Assembly: GCF_000011125.1 (NCBI RefSeq)
Contig: NC_000854.2
Coordinates: 1,200,001-1,232,000 of the forward strand
Source of the DNA: Aeropyrum pernix K1
GTDB lineage: Archaea; Thermoproteota; Thermoprotei_A; Sulfolobales; Acidilobaceae
Reading direction: 5' to 3'
Length of the DNA: 32,000 nt
Each line of letters opens with the position of its first letter. The first letter of the stretch is position 1. The position numbers and the translations under genes were made by a program. The notes below the pieces were generated by a model. That model did not search any database. It was not told where the DNA came from and was given only the letters and a program-made list of their open reading frames with translations. Below are positions 1-8,352 of the stretch, in pieces.

Positions 1-716
1 ATCACCAGCCCCTCCTCAGCGGTCACTATAAGCCTCGCCACATCTGGAGCCGCAACCATAGCGTCTATCTTCCCCGTCTTAAGCGCTATGGTCATCTCCG
101 GGTAAACCCTGTCGTAGGTAACTATCTCCGCCTTGTCTCCGAAGTACTTGTTGGCAAGCTCCTCCTCCACAGTCGCAGACTGCACGCCTATCTTCTTGCC
201 AGCTAGCCAGTCGAAGCCCGTGTAGCCTGAGGCGTCCTCCGCCTTCACGATTATAGCCTTGCCTGTTTCGCACCTGTAGGGTATGGTGAAGTCTACCGCC
301 TCAAGCCTCTCAGGCTTCATGGCAACATCCGCTATGACTATATCCACCTTACCGCTCTGCACGGCCTGGAAGAGGGCCGCGAACTTCATGTCAACTATCT
401 CCAGCTGGACGCCGAGGCCGTCTGCTATTTTCTTGGCAAGCTCTATGTCTATCCCCGCGTAGCCGCCCTGCGGATCTATATACTCGTAGGGAGGCCAGTC
501 GGCGCTAGTACCAACCTTGAGCACGCCCCTCTCCTTAATATTGTCGAGAAGACCGTAGCCTACTGAACACTTCTCCTGGAGGGCCTGCAACTCTGGCTGC
601 ACCGTTTGGCCGCCGGAGAAGACCGCCTGATAGGCAGCAACCCCCAGCGCCAAACCCACAACAAGGGCTACAAGGGCGGCTGCCAGCAATTTAGGTTCAA
701 ACACCGCCATTTCCAT
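1..716 (-). CDS. Polar amino-acid ABC transporter substrate-binding protein (family 3 SBP); C-terminal part lies outside the window
   Basis: I translated the minus strand from ATG 716-714 (alternative ATG 710-708). It starts MEMAVFEPKLLAAALVALVVGLALGVAAY, a signal/anchor helix. It continues ...ERGVLKVGTSADWPPYEYIDPQGGYAGIDIELAKKIADGLGVQLEIVDMKFAALFQAVQSGKVDIVIADVAMKPERLEAVDFTIPY..., a GlnH/HisJ-type pattern. The frame stays open to nt 1, so it is missing from the ORF track (no stop in the window). Confidence 0.75.
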   Translation of the reverse strand, partial: MEMAVFEPKLLAAALVALVVGLALGVAAYQAVFSGGQTVQPELQALQEKCSVGYGLLDNIKERGVLKVGTSADWPPYEYIDPQGGYAGIDIELAKKIADGLGVQLEIVDMKFAALFQAVQSGKVDIVIADVAMKPERLEAVDFTIPYRCETGKAIIVKAEDASGYTGFDWLAGKKIGVQSATVEEELANKYFGDKAEIVTYDRVYPEMTIALKTGKIDAMVAAPDVARLIVTAEEGLV

Positions 717-744
717 CGCCTCAACCAAACACCCATAACAAGCC

Positions 745-757
745 TTTTTTAAAATAT
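745..757 (-). promoter_or_regulatory. Candidate TATA box for the SBP gene
   Basis: The minus strand reads ATATTTTAAAAAA about 30-40 nt upstream of the ATG at 716, inside the 100-nt AT-rich divergent intergenic region. Confidence 0.35.
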
Positions 758-770
758 CGCTACAGTTGAA

Positions 771-802
771 TTTTTATAAAGACTAGTTGTTACAAATGTA
801 AC
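771..802 (+). promoter_or_regulatory. Candidate TATA box (TTTTTATAAA, 771-780) plus inverted repeat GTTACA-AA-TGTAAC (789-802) in front of the ACT-domain gene
   Basis: The AT-rich box lies 37-46 nt upstream of the GTG at 817. The 6+6 inverted repeat sits where the transcription start would be expected. Confidence 0.35.
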
Positions 803-816
803 CATAGGGGGTCCTA

Positions 817-1536
817 GTGTCCGGCGTCACAGCCAAGCTTGTGAGAGAGTACGTAGCAGGCGACCCCGTACTGCTTGAGTGCCTGAGGAAGGGGATAGTG
901 AACTATAGCGCGCTTGCACGGAGGCTAGCGGAGGACCTCGAAAAGGCCACTGGGGAGAAGCACAGTGTAGTAGCGGTCAAAATGGCCTTGGTGAGGCTGG
1001 CTGAAAAGCTTGAGTCAGAGCCTATAGGTGAGATAGAGAGGATAATAGCCGCGAGCGCCCTCGCCGTGCAAGACTACATATCAGTCATAACAGTTCCCAG
1101 GGAAAGCATAACTAGAGCACTTAAGATTGTATCACAGCTTGGAGAAAACTCCAGATTCATACAGTTTGTCCAGAGCCTCAGAACCGCTACCATAATAGTT
1201 GCTTCTGAGGATAAGGAGAAGATTCTGGAGAGGCTGCAAAACGTTATAGAGGTTATAGACAGGCAGAGCGCGGTCATACTTGTAAGTCCCAGAAGCATAG
1301 TCACTACACCGGGTGTTGTAGCCTATATAACCGGTTTCCTGGCTAGAAGCGGAATCAACATAACCCAAGTTATATCATGCTATGTGGACACAATACTAGT
1401 CTTAAACTCTGAAGAAGCGAGCAAAGCCTACACACTACTACACAGGTTAATCGATGCTCTGAGACGGAAGTATAGCGTGGCGGAGGCAGCGGTCGGAACC
1501 GGTGGAGGCTCCACACAGCCCCTGCAGGGGGGCTAG
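817..1536 (+). CDS. ACT-domain protein with an HTH-like N-terminus (predicted amino-acid-responsive regulator, COG2150-like)
   Basis: 239-aa ORF with a GTG start. The C-terminal segment AVILVSPRSIVTTPGVVAYITGFLARSGINITQVISCYVDTILVLNSEEASKAYTLLHRL has the ACT-fold pattern seen in aspartate-kinase regulatory domains. The N-terminal NYSALARRLAEDL looks like an HTH recognition helix. Confidence 0.6.
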   Translation: MSGVTAKLVREYVAGDPVLLECLRKGIVNYSALARRLAEDLEKATGEKHSVVAVKMALVRLAEKLESEPIGEIERIIAASALAVQDYISVITVPRESITRALKIVSQLGENSRFIQFVQSLRTATIIVASEDKEKILERLQNVIEVIDRQSAVILVSPRSIVTTPGVVAYITGFLARSGINITQVISCYVDTILVLNSEEASKAYTLLHRLIDALRRKYSVAEAAVGTGGGSTQPLQGG

Positions 1537-1617
1537 GAGACGTGCAAAACTCCTCATCCCAGGATATAGTTCGGCTGGCGGCGAGGTTTTAAAGGGAGCC
1601 TGGAATACCCGCGAGTC

Positions 1618-3273
1618 CTACAGCTGCGGCACTATGTCCTGGGGAACAACAATCGAGCCTATCACGAAGTCTATTATTTCGACTGCCACGAAGATGCTCC
1701 CAGCTGATAGTAGGAGGTAGAGGGCTAGGTAGAAGTAGAAGGATGTTTTTGAGCCTGGTGTAACTCTTGTTACCACTGCACTATTGACTATAACGAGTGT
1801 TGTGACAAAAATAAGATTGAGTATAGGTAGGAGGCTAACGTCCATGGATCTGAAGGGGAAGATGCTGGCTATCTCGGGGGGTAGCTGGGTTGTGAGCTGT
1901 TGGAGTATGTTTGAGAATAGCTCAAGCAGCTTACTCATTATAAGCAGGATTATTATCGCCGCCCCGTGCATTATGAAGAGCGTTGAAGAGAAGGTGCTCG
2001 CAACCTGGTATCGGAGCTTCCTCAGCCGGTTCATGTCGTTGTGATGATCTGATATGAGAGCCCCTGCTAAATCCGGGTTACCGCCAGCCTCAACTGTGTC
2101 AGTGAAAATGATTATGCCTCTCCTTGCCATTTCACTGCCAGTCTCCGCAGAGAACAAGTCCCACGCTACGTTGGGGTTTATCGAGTTTTTGAGACGGGTG
2201 TAAAGCCTCTTGATGGGCCCCATTAGTATGCCTAGATTGCTTATAAGAAGGGGCTCGAGAGCCTTAACCATGTTTCCCACGGTCGAGAGGTGGGAGCCGT
2301 AGCTTCGTATGAATACTGGGAAGAACTCGTCAACGTTCCTAACTTTAGACTCCTCCATCCTGGCTATAACTCCCACAGGTAGCAGTAGAAGGCCTGCGGC
2401 CGCGTATGCCAGTACTAGGCCTGTGAAGTCGAGCCCGCCCCTCATATAGATTATGCCCGCCCCCACAGCGGCCCCGAGGGCTATGGCTAAACCCCCCGCC
2501 GCCTTCAGAAGCTTATATCTGAGAATCTCCGGGTTCCCGCGGTATTCGAAGGGCTCTTGCTTAAGCGACATGAATACTAGAAGGCCGAGGAGTATAGCCC
2601 CCACAGTCACCGCAGCGTAAGACAGGTAGAGTATCCTGGTGTCGCCTCCGAAGAAGAAGGCCAGCACCATAAATGTTGACACCAGGAACACGAGGCTGCC
2701 CAGCATGGTAACGTAGATTCCCAGGAGGACCCTAGCAGAGTTCATAGTCCTGGTGTAGACGTTCTCGTACTCGGCTAGGAGGGTCCTATACTCCCTCTCG
2801 AAGAACTCCTCCACATCCTCACCAACGGCTAGGACGCCGCTCAGCCTCTGGAGTATGTTCCTCAGGATCTCGCCCTCTACCGAGTCAGCTATGATAGATA
2901 CTGCCTTGGGAAAGCTGTACCCCCACTCCTTCCCTAGGTCATATATGCTCCTGAACAGCCTGGAGTAGCCCCCGTAAACCTGTGGAAAGTCTGCTATCGC
3001 CCTGAATATCCTGCCCACCGGCGGCTTACCGGAAGCCACCAGCCTCATGTGGAGGAGTATGTAGAGTAGCTCTGCGTCGAGCACGTGTATCTTCGAGGCC
3101 ATCAGGTAGAGCATAGCCTGGAGGCCGGCGAAGGTGAGCATTATTACTATGGCCGTTAGGTAGCTGGTGGGCGGCTCCATAAGCAGCGCTACTCCCCCGG
3201 CCACGGGCAGCCCGAGCAGGACTAGGCCCACCCTGTAGAAGGCCTTTCTCGCTAGTGCCCGTGGCCGGGGCAA
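1618..3273 (-). CDS. flaJ: Archaellum assembly polytopic membrane protein FlaJ (ArlJ)
   Basis: 551 aa with many hydrophobic helices. It is the last gene of the fla cluster, immediately downstream of flaI, with the size and topology of FlaJ/TadC-type platform proteins. Confidence 0.85.
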   Translation of the reverse strand: MPRPRALARKAFYRVGLVLLGLPVAGGVALLMEPPTSYLTAIVIMLTFAGLQAMLYLMASKIHVLDAELLYILLHMRLVASGKPPVGRIFRAIADFPQVYGGYSRLFRSIYDLGKEWGYSFPKAVSIIADSVEGEILRNILQRLSGVLAVGEDVEEFFEREYRTLLAEYENVYTRTMNSARVLLGIYVTMLGSLVFLVSTFMVLAFFFGGDTRILYLSYAAVTVGAILLGLLVFMSLKQEPFEYRGNPEILRYKLLKAAGGLAIALGAAVGAGIIYMRGGLDFTGLVLAYAAAGLLLLPVGVIARMEESKVRNVDEFFPVFIRSYGSHLSTVGNMVKALEPLLISNLGILMGPIKRLYTRLKNSINPNVAWDLFSAETGSEMARRGIIIFTDTVEAGGNPDLAGALISDHHNDMNRLRKLRYQVASTFSSTLFIMHGAAIIILLIMSKLLELFSNILQQLTTQLPPEIASIFPFRSMDVSLLPILNLIFVTTLVIVNSAVVTRVTPGSKTSFYFYLALYLLLSAGSIFVAVEIIDFVIGSIVVPQDIVPQL

Positions 3274-3289
3274 GGCTGGATACCCCGCT

Positions 3290-5029
3290 CTAGCTAAGAA
3301 GCTCGTCCCTCTCGAGACGCTTTAGAGCCTCTTCCACTCCTATGTTGTAGGCCCTCACTATAGCCTTGTAGACGTCGAAGTAGTCCAGTATGTTCTTGTC
3401 AACTAGCGTCTGGAGGAAGCGCCTCCTAAGCTCGAGTTCCTCATAGATGATGGAAAGCTCCCTCCTTGGTATGCCTTTCATTGTGGCTATCTTCTCTTCG
3501 AGCAGGTAGCTCGCGCCCCTGCCGGAGAATATGAACTTGTCCCTTACGGGATCCCAGGTGAAGGAGGGCACCGCCGCTATGGCACCGCTGGAGGGGTCGT
3601 AACCTATTATCTCGTCTATCTCCAGGACCCTCCTCGCCGGGAAGCCTTTAACATGCACCGCGCTCTGGAACCAAGCTATGTTGAGACTGTCTATGTTGGT
3701 CTTTGGCACGTTGATAGGGTGGTTGGTCAGCCTCTGCAGCAGCCTGCTTAGGTTGGCTGCGTGGAACGTAGCCATGACGGGGTGGCCTGTCTGCATCGCC
3801 TGGAACGCTATGTTGCCCTCTGCACCCCTTATCTCGCCGACTATTATGTAGTTAGGCCTCTGCCTCAAGGCCGCCCTGAGAAGGTCGAACATGGTAACGC
3901 TTGTCTCTGGCTTCCCAGTGTTCCTTGTCAGCTCCCTCGTCCAGTTGGGGTGGGGTAGCACAACCTCGGCTGTATCCTCTATAGTCACGATTTTAGCGTC
4001 CGGCCTTATGAAGACGGATATGGCGTTGAGGCTTGTAGTCTTGCCGCTCGCCGTCTCCCCACAGATGAAGACGCTCATACCCTCCTCCAGCATCATCCAC
4101 ATGTAAGCTGCTATCCTTGCGTCGAAGGTGCCCCACTTTATGAGCTGCGTCACGCTTATCGGTATCTTAGAGACCTTCCTTATAGTGAAGTTGCTGCCCT
4201 TCAGGCTCACGTCGCTGCCGAAAACTATGTTGATCCTGCTTCCGTCTGGGAGCGTCGCGTCAACCACTGGCCGCGCGTGGCTTATAGGCTTCCCAATCTT
4301 CTCCCCCAGCTTGAGTATAAAGTCGTCGAGCTCGCCCTCAGTCTCGAACCTAACGCTCGACTCGAGGCTCCTGAACATCTTGTGGACAACATAAACAGGG
4401 CCGACGCCGTTGCAGGATATGTCCTCCAAGTATGGGTCTCTGAGGAACGGCTCCAGAGGTCCTACGCCCACCTTCTCCCTTATGAAATGGTATTTCAGGT
4501 AGTTGTAGTATCTTTCGGGTATCACTATGCGGCCGCGCTTAACAGCATACTGCCAGCTACCGTTCCCCCCGTTACCACCAGCTATCCTCTCCGAGGAGGT
4601 TACGGCTACTACCTTGTCGAGGGCTGCTAGCAGTATCCTCTTCTTCTCCTCGCTACTCCTTGGAGCGTCTTCCTCGCTCAGGACAAGGGCTATCTTATAG
4701 TCTATGAGCCTAACGAGGTCCTCCGGAGGCCTGGGGGGCTCTACAACCACGTACTTGTTGTAGCCGCTCTCCGACAGAGGGTCGTTGTAAGCGTGTATGA
4801 AGATGCCGAAGCCTACAGGGTAAATCACGTTGAACTCCCTGGCGTTCTTCATGCTAGACGGTATCTTCTCCACAAGCTCCGGCTCCTCCCTCCCAGTCTC
4901 GGACGTGAACCTCCTCACATACTCCTCCAGGTACTCCGGCCTATCCCCGAACTCGGGCTCGCTAACCTCAAGGTCTCTTAGACCCCGCCTACGCCTCCCG
5001 AATACGCGGAGGAGCGACAAGACATCCAC
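3290..5029 (-). CDS. flaI: Archaellum motor/assembly ATPase FlaI (ArlI), type II/IV secretion ATPase family
   Basis: 579 aa. Walker A is FICGETASGKTTSLNAI. The downstream IVGEIRGAEG and FQAMQTGHPVMATFHA boxes are typical of the GspE/VirB11/FlaI family. Operon position also fits. Confidence 0.95.
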   Translation of the reverse strand: MDVLSLLRVFGRRRRGLRDLEVSEPEFGDRPEYLEEYVRRFTSETGREEPELVEKIPSSMKNAREFNVIYPVGFGIFIHAYNDPLSESGYNKYVVVEPPRPPEDLVRLIDYKIALVLSEEDAPRSSEEKKRILLAALDKVVAVTSSERIAGGNGGNGSWQYAVKRGRIVIPERYYNYLKYHFIREKVGVGPLEPFLRDPYLEDISCNGVGPVYVVHKMFRSLESSVRFETEGELDDFILKLGEKIGKPISHARPVVDATLPDGSRINIVFGSDVSLKGSNFTIRKVSKIPISVTQLIKWGTFDARIAAYMWMMLEEGMSVFICGETASGKTTSLNAISVFIRPDAKIVTIEDTAEVVLPHPNWTRELTRNTGKPETSVTMFDLLRAALRQRPNYIIVGEIRGAEGNIAFQAMQTGHPVMATFHAANLSRLLQRLTNHPINVPKTNIDSLNIAWFQSAVHVKGFPARRVLEIDEIIGYDPSSGAIAAVPSFTWDPVRDKFIFSGRGASYLLEEKIATMKGIPRRELSIIYEELELRRRFLQTLVDKNILDYFDVYKAIVRAYNIGVEEALKRLERDELLS

Positions 5030-5034
5030 CCCCT

Positions 5035-5772
5035 CTAGACGCTCGCCAGGGCTATCGGGACAAGCTTTATCCCGAAGGAGGGGTCAACATCGAAGGTTAT
5101 CGTCGGGTCAAACTGGCTCCTAGCCCCCTTAAGCTTCACTATCTTCAAGACCTTCACAGTCTTCCCGGCCAGGCTGGCTAGGGAAAGCTTCATGTAGCCG
5201 TCGCATGTCGCTCTAGCCCTAGTTGTGAGGTCCTCCCTCAAGACACCCTCATGTAGTGTTAGAACCACTAGCTTGCCCCTGTCTGCTATTAGCCTTACGG
5301 TGTTGAAGAAGTTCAGCACCCTTATTGGGGAGGAGTAGATTGCAATGTGGCTCAGACTATCGACGAGGAGGACCTCGTACCTCCTCGACTCAGACTCTAG
5401 GAACCGGGATATCAAATCTAGGAGGACTGTAGCGCTCCTCCGCCCCCACCTCGACCCCTCGAACTGGGTCGAATAAACGTCCAGTCTCCCCCTGAGGAAG
5501 TGCTCGGTAAGGCTTATCCCAGCGGCCTCGCTCTTCAGAATGTACCCCCTTATTGTAGATTCCGTCACCACTGCCAGACCCCTCAGCCCCATATCAAGAG
5601 CCCCTTTAAGAAAGAGCTGTGACAACGCTGTCTTCCCCGTGCCGTGAGGCCCCTCTATTATTAGTAGGCTTGGGAAGGGGACCCCACCCCCCAGCTTTAT
5701 ATCGAACTCCTCATTACCCGTGGGGACTATCTCAACCTTACCCTCAGGCATCCCAGCCCCGTTCGACGCCAT
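5035..5772 (-). CDS. flaH: Archaellum RecA/KaiC-like ATP-binding protein FlaH (ArlH)
   Basis: 245 aa. The N-terminal FDIKLGGGVPFPSLLIIEGPHGTGKT is a KaiC/RecA-type Walker A. It is positioned directly upstream of flaI. Confidence 0.85.
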   Translation of the reverse strand: MASNGAGMPEGKVEIVPTGNEEFDIKLGGGVPFPSLLIIEGPHGTGKTALSQLFLKGALDMGLRGLAVVTESTIRGYILKSEAAGISLTEHFLRGRLDVYSTQFEGSRWGRRSATVLLDLISRFLESESRRYEVLLVDSLSHIAIYSSPIRVLNFFNTVRLIADRGKLVVLTLHEGVLREDLTTRARATCDGYMKLSLASLAGKTVKVLKIVKLKGARSQFDPTITFDVDPSFGIKLVPIALASV

Positions 5773-5779
5773 ACTTAAT

Positions 5780-6328
5780 TCACCTCAGGTAGGAGAATAG
5801 AGTTCTGAAGCCGGTGGAGTATGCGAATATAATTGTTACCTCGTCAAGCCCTAGAGAGACTATGGTGTTTTTAGTGTTTTGATCAAGGTTTATGTCAATT
5901 ACGACCGTCTCCCCCGGGTACACTGGCTCTCCCTCCGTGTATACCACATACGTTGTCCCCACGTCGGCATCCAGCCTACCTACAAGGACTGGAGCCCACT
6001 CGGCGCCGTAGTCCAAGGGTAGGGTAAGTGTGATTCCTGTTGTAGTGTTCTTGAATACTAGTATGAGGTCAGAGTTCGGGAAATCCCAGACTGCCTGGGA
6101 ACCGGTGTTGCGGAGTTCAATACTTTCAGGAATGTTGAACAGGTCCATGGACACGCTTATCACCTGCAGTTCAATACCTTCATCTACACTCTCCTTCAAC
6201 AACTTCTCGTTGAAGCTATCGGCTACTAGCATGTCAATCGAGGAGATCAAGTGGCCTCCTATCAGCGCAAGGACAGCGACTAGACCTATCCCCACTAGAG
6301 CCCCCGATATAGTGCTTGAGACACCCAT
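5780..6328 (-). CDS. flaF: Archaellum stator-associated protein FlaF (ArlF), assigned mainly by gene order
   Basis: 182 aa with a single N-terminal hydrophobic helix (ISGALVGIGLVAVLALIGG) followed by a beta-rich domain. It is the gene just upstream of flaH, as in the Sulfolobus order flaB-X-G-F-H-I-J. Confidence 0.6.
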   Translation of the reverse strand: MGVSSTISGALVGIGLVAVLALIGGHLISSIDMLVADSFNEKLLKESVDEGIELQVISVSMDLFNIPESIELRNTGSQAVWDFPNSDLILVFKNTTTGITLTLPLDYGAEWAPVLVGRLDADVGTTYVVYTEGEPVYPGETVVIDINLDQNTKNTIVSLGLDEVTIIFAYSTGFRTLFSYLR

Positions 6329-6334
6329 TTAGGG

Positions 6335-6820
6335 TCACCCCGCTGGCTCTACGAAAGACATTTTTGCGCCGGTTGGGGTGACTAGGATAAGCTTAACTGG
6401 ATTACTGTATGCCGAGGGGGGGTTCAAAACAAGCTCTATGAGCTCCCCTACCTCCCATACCCCGTCCTGCGTTCCATACTCTACATAGCTCCAGGTTCCC
6501 TGTCCACCTGTAGTGTTGTAAGTGTAGTAGTCTAGCTCCCCCCCATATGGGCCCAGGAAAACCTCCATGTTTTCTATGTTCGTCATGGGTGTGAGGCCGG
6601 TATTCTTTAGATAGACTCTATACAGGTTGTTGGCTTCATCATAAACAATGTAAACCAGGGTAACTTCGGTCCTCATCTTGTCGGATATACTCTTGTATAT
6701 GGACTGGAGGGAGTTGCCTATCTCGTAGGAGCTGAATATGGCTATCCCGGCGAAGATACTGGCCATAGTTACAGCCACTATGGTGAGGAGCGCGTGGGCT
6801 ATTACTGTTGATTCTCCCAT
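6335..6820 (-). CDS. flaG: Archaellum protein FlaG (ArlG), assigned mainly by gene order
   Basis: 161 aa with an archaellin-like N-terminal hydrophobic helix (VIAHALLTIVAVTMASIFAGIAIF) followed by a beta-rich domain. It lies between the flaX-position gene and flaF. Confidence 0.6.
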   Translation of the reverse strand: MGESTVIAHALLTIVAVTMASIFAGIAIFSSYEIGNSLQSIYKSISDKMRTEVTLVYIVYDEANNLYRVYLKNTGLTPMTNIENMEVFLGPYGGELDYYTYNTTGGQGTWSYVEYGTQDGVWEVGELIELVLNPPSAYSNPVKLILVTPTGAKMSFVEPAG

Positions 6821-7596
6821 CTCCTACCACCAAGAAGCCTCACCACGAGCCTAAACACTTCCTTCTCAAACTCCTCATCCCTGATGCCGAGGCTCCTGGC
6901 TATGCTATAAACAGCTACAATTTGCTCTTCGGGGGTGAGGCCGAGCTTACGGGCCTCCCTCATAAGCTCTATATACTTCCTTACAACCTCCCTCCTTCTT
7001 TCGTCAAGCTGGCCGGAAGCTTCAAGCAAGTCAATTATCTTCTCAAAAACCTCGGGAGGCATACTCTCCCCGAGACTCCAGAGGGTCTTAGCAACCTCAA
7101 CCAAGTCAGCCATACTAGGGGTCGGCCCAGCCTTACCACTAGCCAGCTCGTTAAGCCTAGTTTCCCTAAAGTTTGCCGGATGTATCGAACTGTCTTCGAA
7201 CCCTTTGAAGCCATTAGCGTGTTCAGCCCGTCTAAAATTCTCCTGAGGAGGAGTACCCACGTCTGGAGTATTAGCATCCCATAGGTCCTTGTTCTTACCG
7301 CCCACGCTACTCTCGGAGGTACTCTTAGGACTGGTAGTAGCTTGTCCGGGATTATGAGCTACCCCTACATGTATATTTGGTGTGAATATGTTGGGTGAAG
7401 CGCTAACTGGAGCGAGGTCCTCGCCCCCCGCCTCCCCCCCATCCTCTTCACCCTCGTTTACCATAACCTTTCGCAGGGGATTCCTGGACTCTAGAAGAAC
7501 GCTTCTAAGCTCCAGGACAACCTCTCTAAGCGACTCTAGAAGCTCCCTCAGCTCCTTGTCGCCCCCTCCAGCATCGCCCACGTTAGCCACCCCCAT
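6802..7596 (-). CDS. flaX: FlaX-position (ArlX-like) archaellum protein; coiled-coil ends and a low-complexity middle
   Basis: 264 aa. It occupies the flaX slot between the archaellins and flaG and overlaps the flaG start by 19 nt. The N-terminal ELRELLESLREVVLELRSVLLES and the helical C-terminus suggest coiled coils. I see no N-terminal TM helix, and no alternative in-frame upstream start exists before the stops at about 7690-7715. Confidence 0.45.
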   Translation of the reverse strand: MGVANVGDAGGGDKELRELLESLREVVLELRSVLLESRNPLRKVMVNEGEEDGGEAGGEDLAPVSASPNIFTPNIHVGVAHNPGQATTSPKSTSESSVGGKNKDLWDANTPDVGTPPQENFRRAEHANGFKGFEDSSIHPANFRETRLNELASGKAGPTPSMADLVEVAKTLWSLGESMPPEVFEKIIDLLEASGQLDERRREVVRKYIELMREARKLGLTPEEQIVAVYSIARSLGIRDEEFEKEVFRLVVRLLGGRRWENQQ

Positions 7597-7682
7597 CGCG
7601 TCTCTCCAACTCGCGATATCAACCTCGACACTTCTCCAAGCATCATCGAAACAATCTACCCTAAACTTGCAAAGTAAATCGT

Positions 7683-7709
7683 AAAAAAATCCTTTAGGTT
7701 ACAAAAAAA
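7683..7709 (-). terminator. Two T7 runs immediately after the second archaellin gene (candidate oligo-T terminator/attenuator)
   Basis: The plus strand has A7 at 7683-7689 and A7 at 7703-7709, which are T7 runs on the coding strand. The first starts 11 nt after the flaB stop codon (7720-7722). Archaeal RNA polymerase terminates at oligo-T. Confidence 0.45.
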
Positions 7710-7719
7710 GGGTTTACGG

Positions 7720-8331
7720 CTAGCCAAGGCTTACAGCACCGCCCGTTGGTAGAGATGCAGGAACTATCCTCTCTACGGTTAGGGCAGCTCCCTGTACTGG
7801 CCTGACCTCTACTTTAAACTCCTCATAGCTGTTAAGGGGTGTTGGAAGTTCCAGGACTAGAAGCCCTTTCTCGCCAAGCTCCAGCACATTGTCGCCATCG
7901 CCATTGAAAATTACTAGGTACGCCCAGCCTGTAGTACAAGCTATACTGCTTGTTATAGTGGAGAGCTTGCTGTCTGAGAGACTGCTCCCATCGAATACTC
8001 CACAATAGGCATTCTCGTAGAATTTCGATGGCAACATGACTCTGACAGTAGTCTTGTCCACAGACATATCAACACCTTCCCTCCCTGGAGACACCTTGAT
8101 GGGTATAGCTATAGCGTCCACACTTCCCGATGTTACGTTGGCTATTACGCTGCCGTCGACCTCCAGGGCAGAGGTAGCCTCCTCAAGACCCCTCTGCATG
8201 ACCTCCTTGCTCTTCTGGGTTGTGAACAGACCCATGTTGAGGGCGACGAACGCCAGCGCCGCAGCCACTATCACGAAAGCTATCAGAACTATCGCCGCCT
8301 CAATACCCACAATACCCCTTCGCCGCCTCAT
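7720..8331 (-). CDS. flaB: Archaellin FlaB (ArlB), downstream copy
   Basis: 203 aa. Class III signal peptide [46 protein letters not shown] start, and a GAGGTGG Shine-Dalgarno-like motif 8 nt upstream. Confidence 0.9.
   Translation of the reverse strand: MRRRRGIVGIEAAIVLIAFVIVAAALAFVALNMGLFTTQKSKEVMQRGLEEATSALEVDGSVIANVTSGSVDAIAIPIKVSPGREGVDMSVDKTTVRVMLPSKFYENAYCGVFDGSSLSDSKLSTITSSIACTTGWAYLVIFNGDGDNVLELGEKGLLVLELPTPLNSYEEFKVEVRPVQGAALTVERIVPASLPTGGAVSLG
8140..8330 (-). repeat. 191-nt perfect direct repeat, copy 1 (5' end of downstream archaellin gene)
   Basis: Base-by-base comparison shows 8140-8330 is identical to 8902-9092 (offset 762 nt). Identity breaks exactly at the start codon third base (8331 t versus 9093 c) and at 8139/8901. 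Confidence 0.95.
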
Positions 8332-8352
8332 ATCTAGCCACCTCTACGTCAT

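Noticed and set aside
79-273. A 64-aa minus-strand ORF near the left edge.
   Set aside because: It is out of frame within the substrate-binding-protein gene, whose correct frame gives a clean family-3 SBP translation.
6808-7284. A 158-aa plus-strand ORF antisense to the flaX-position gene, and similar antisense ORFs across flaI, flaF and the archaellins.
   Set aside because: These are shadow ORFs opposite well-supported archaellum genes, with no independent signals.
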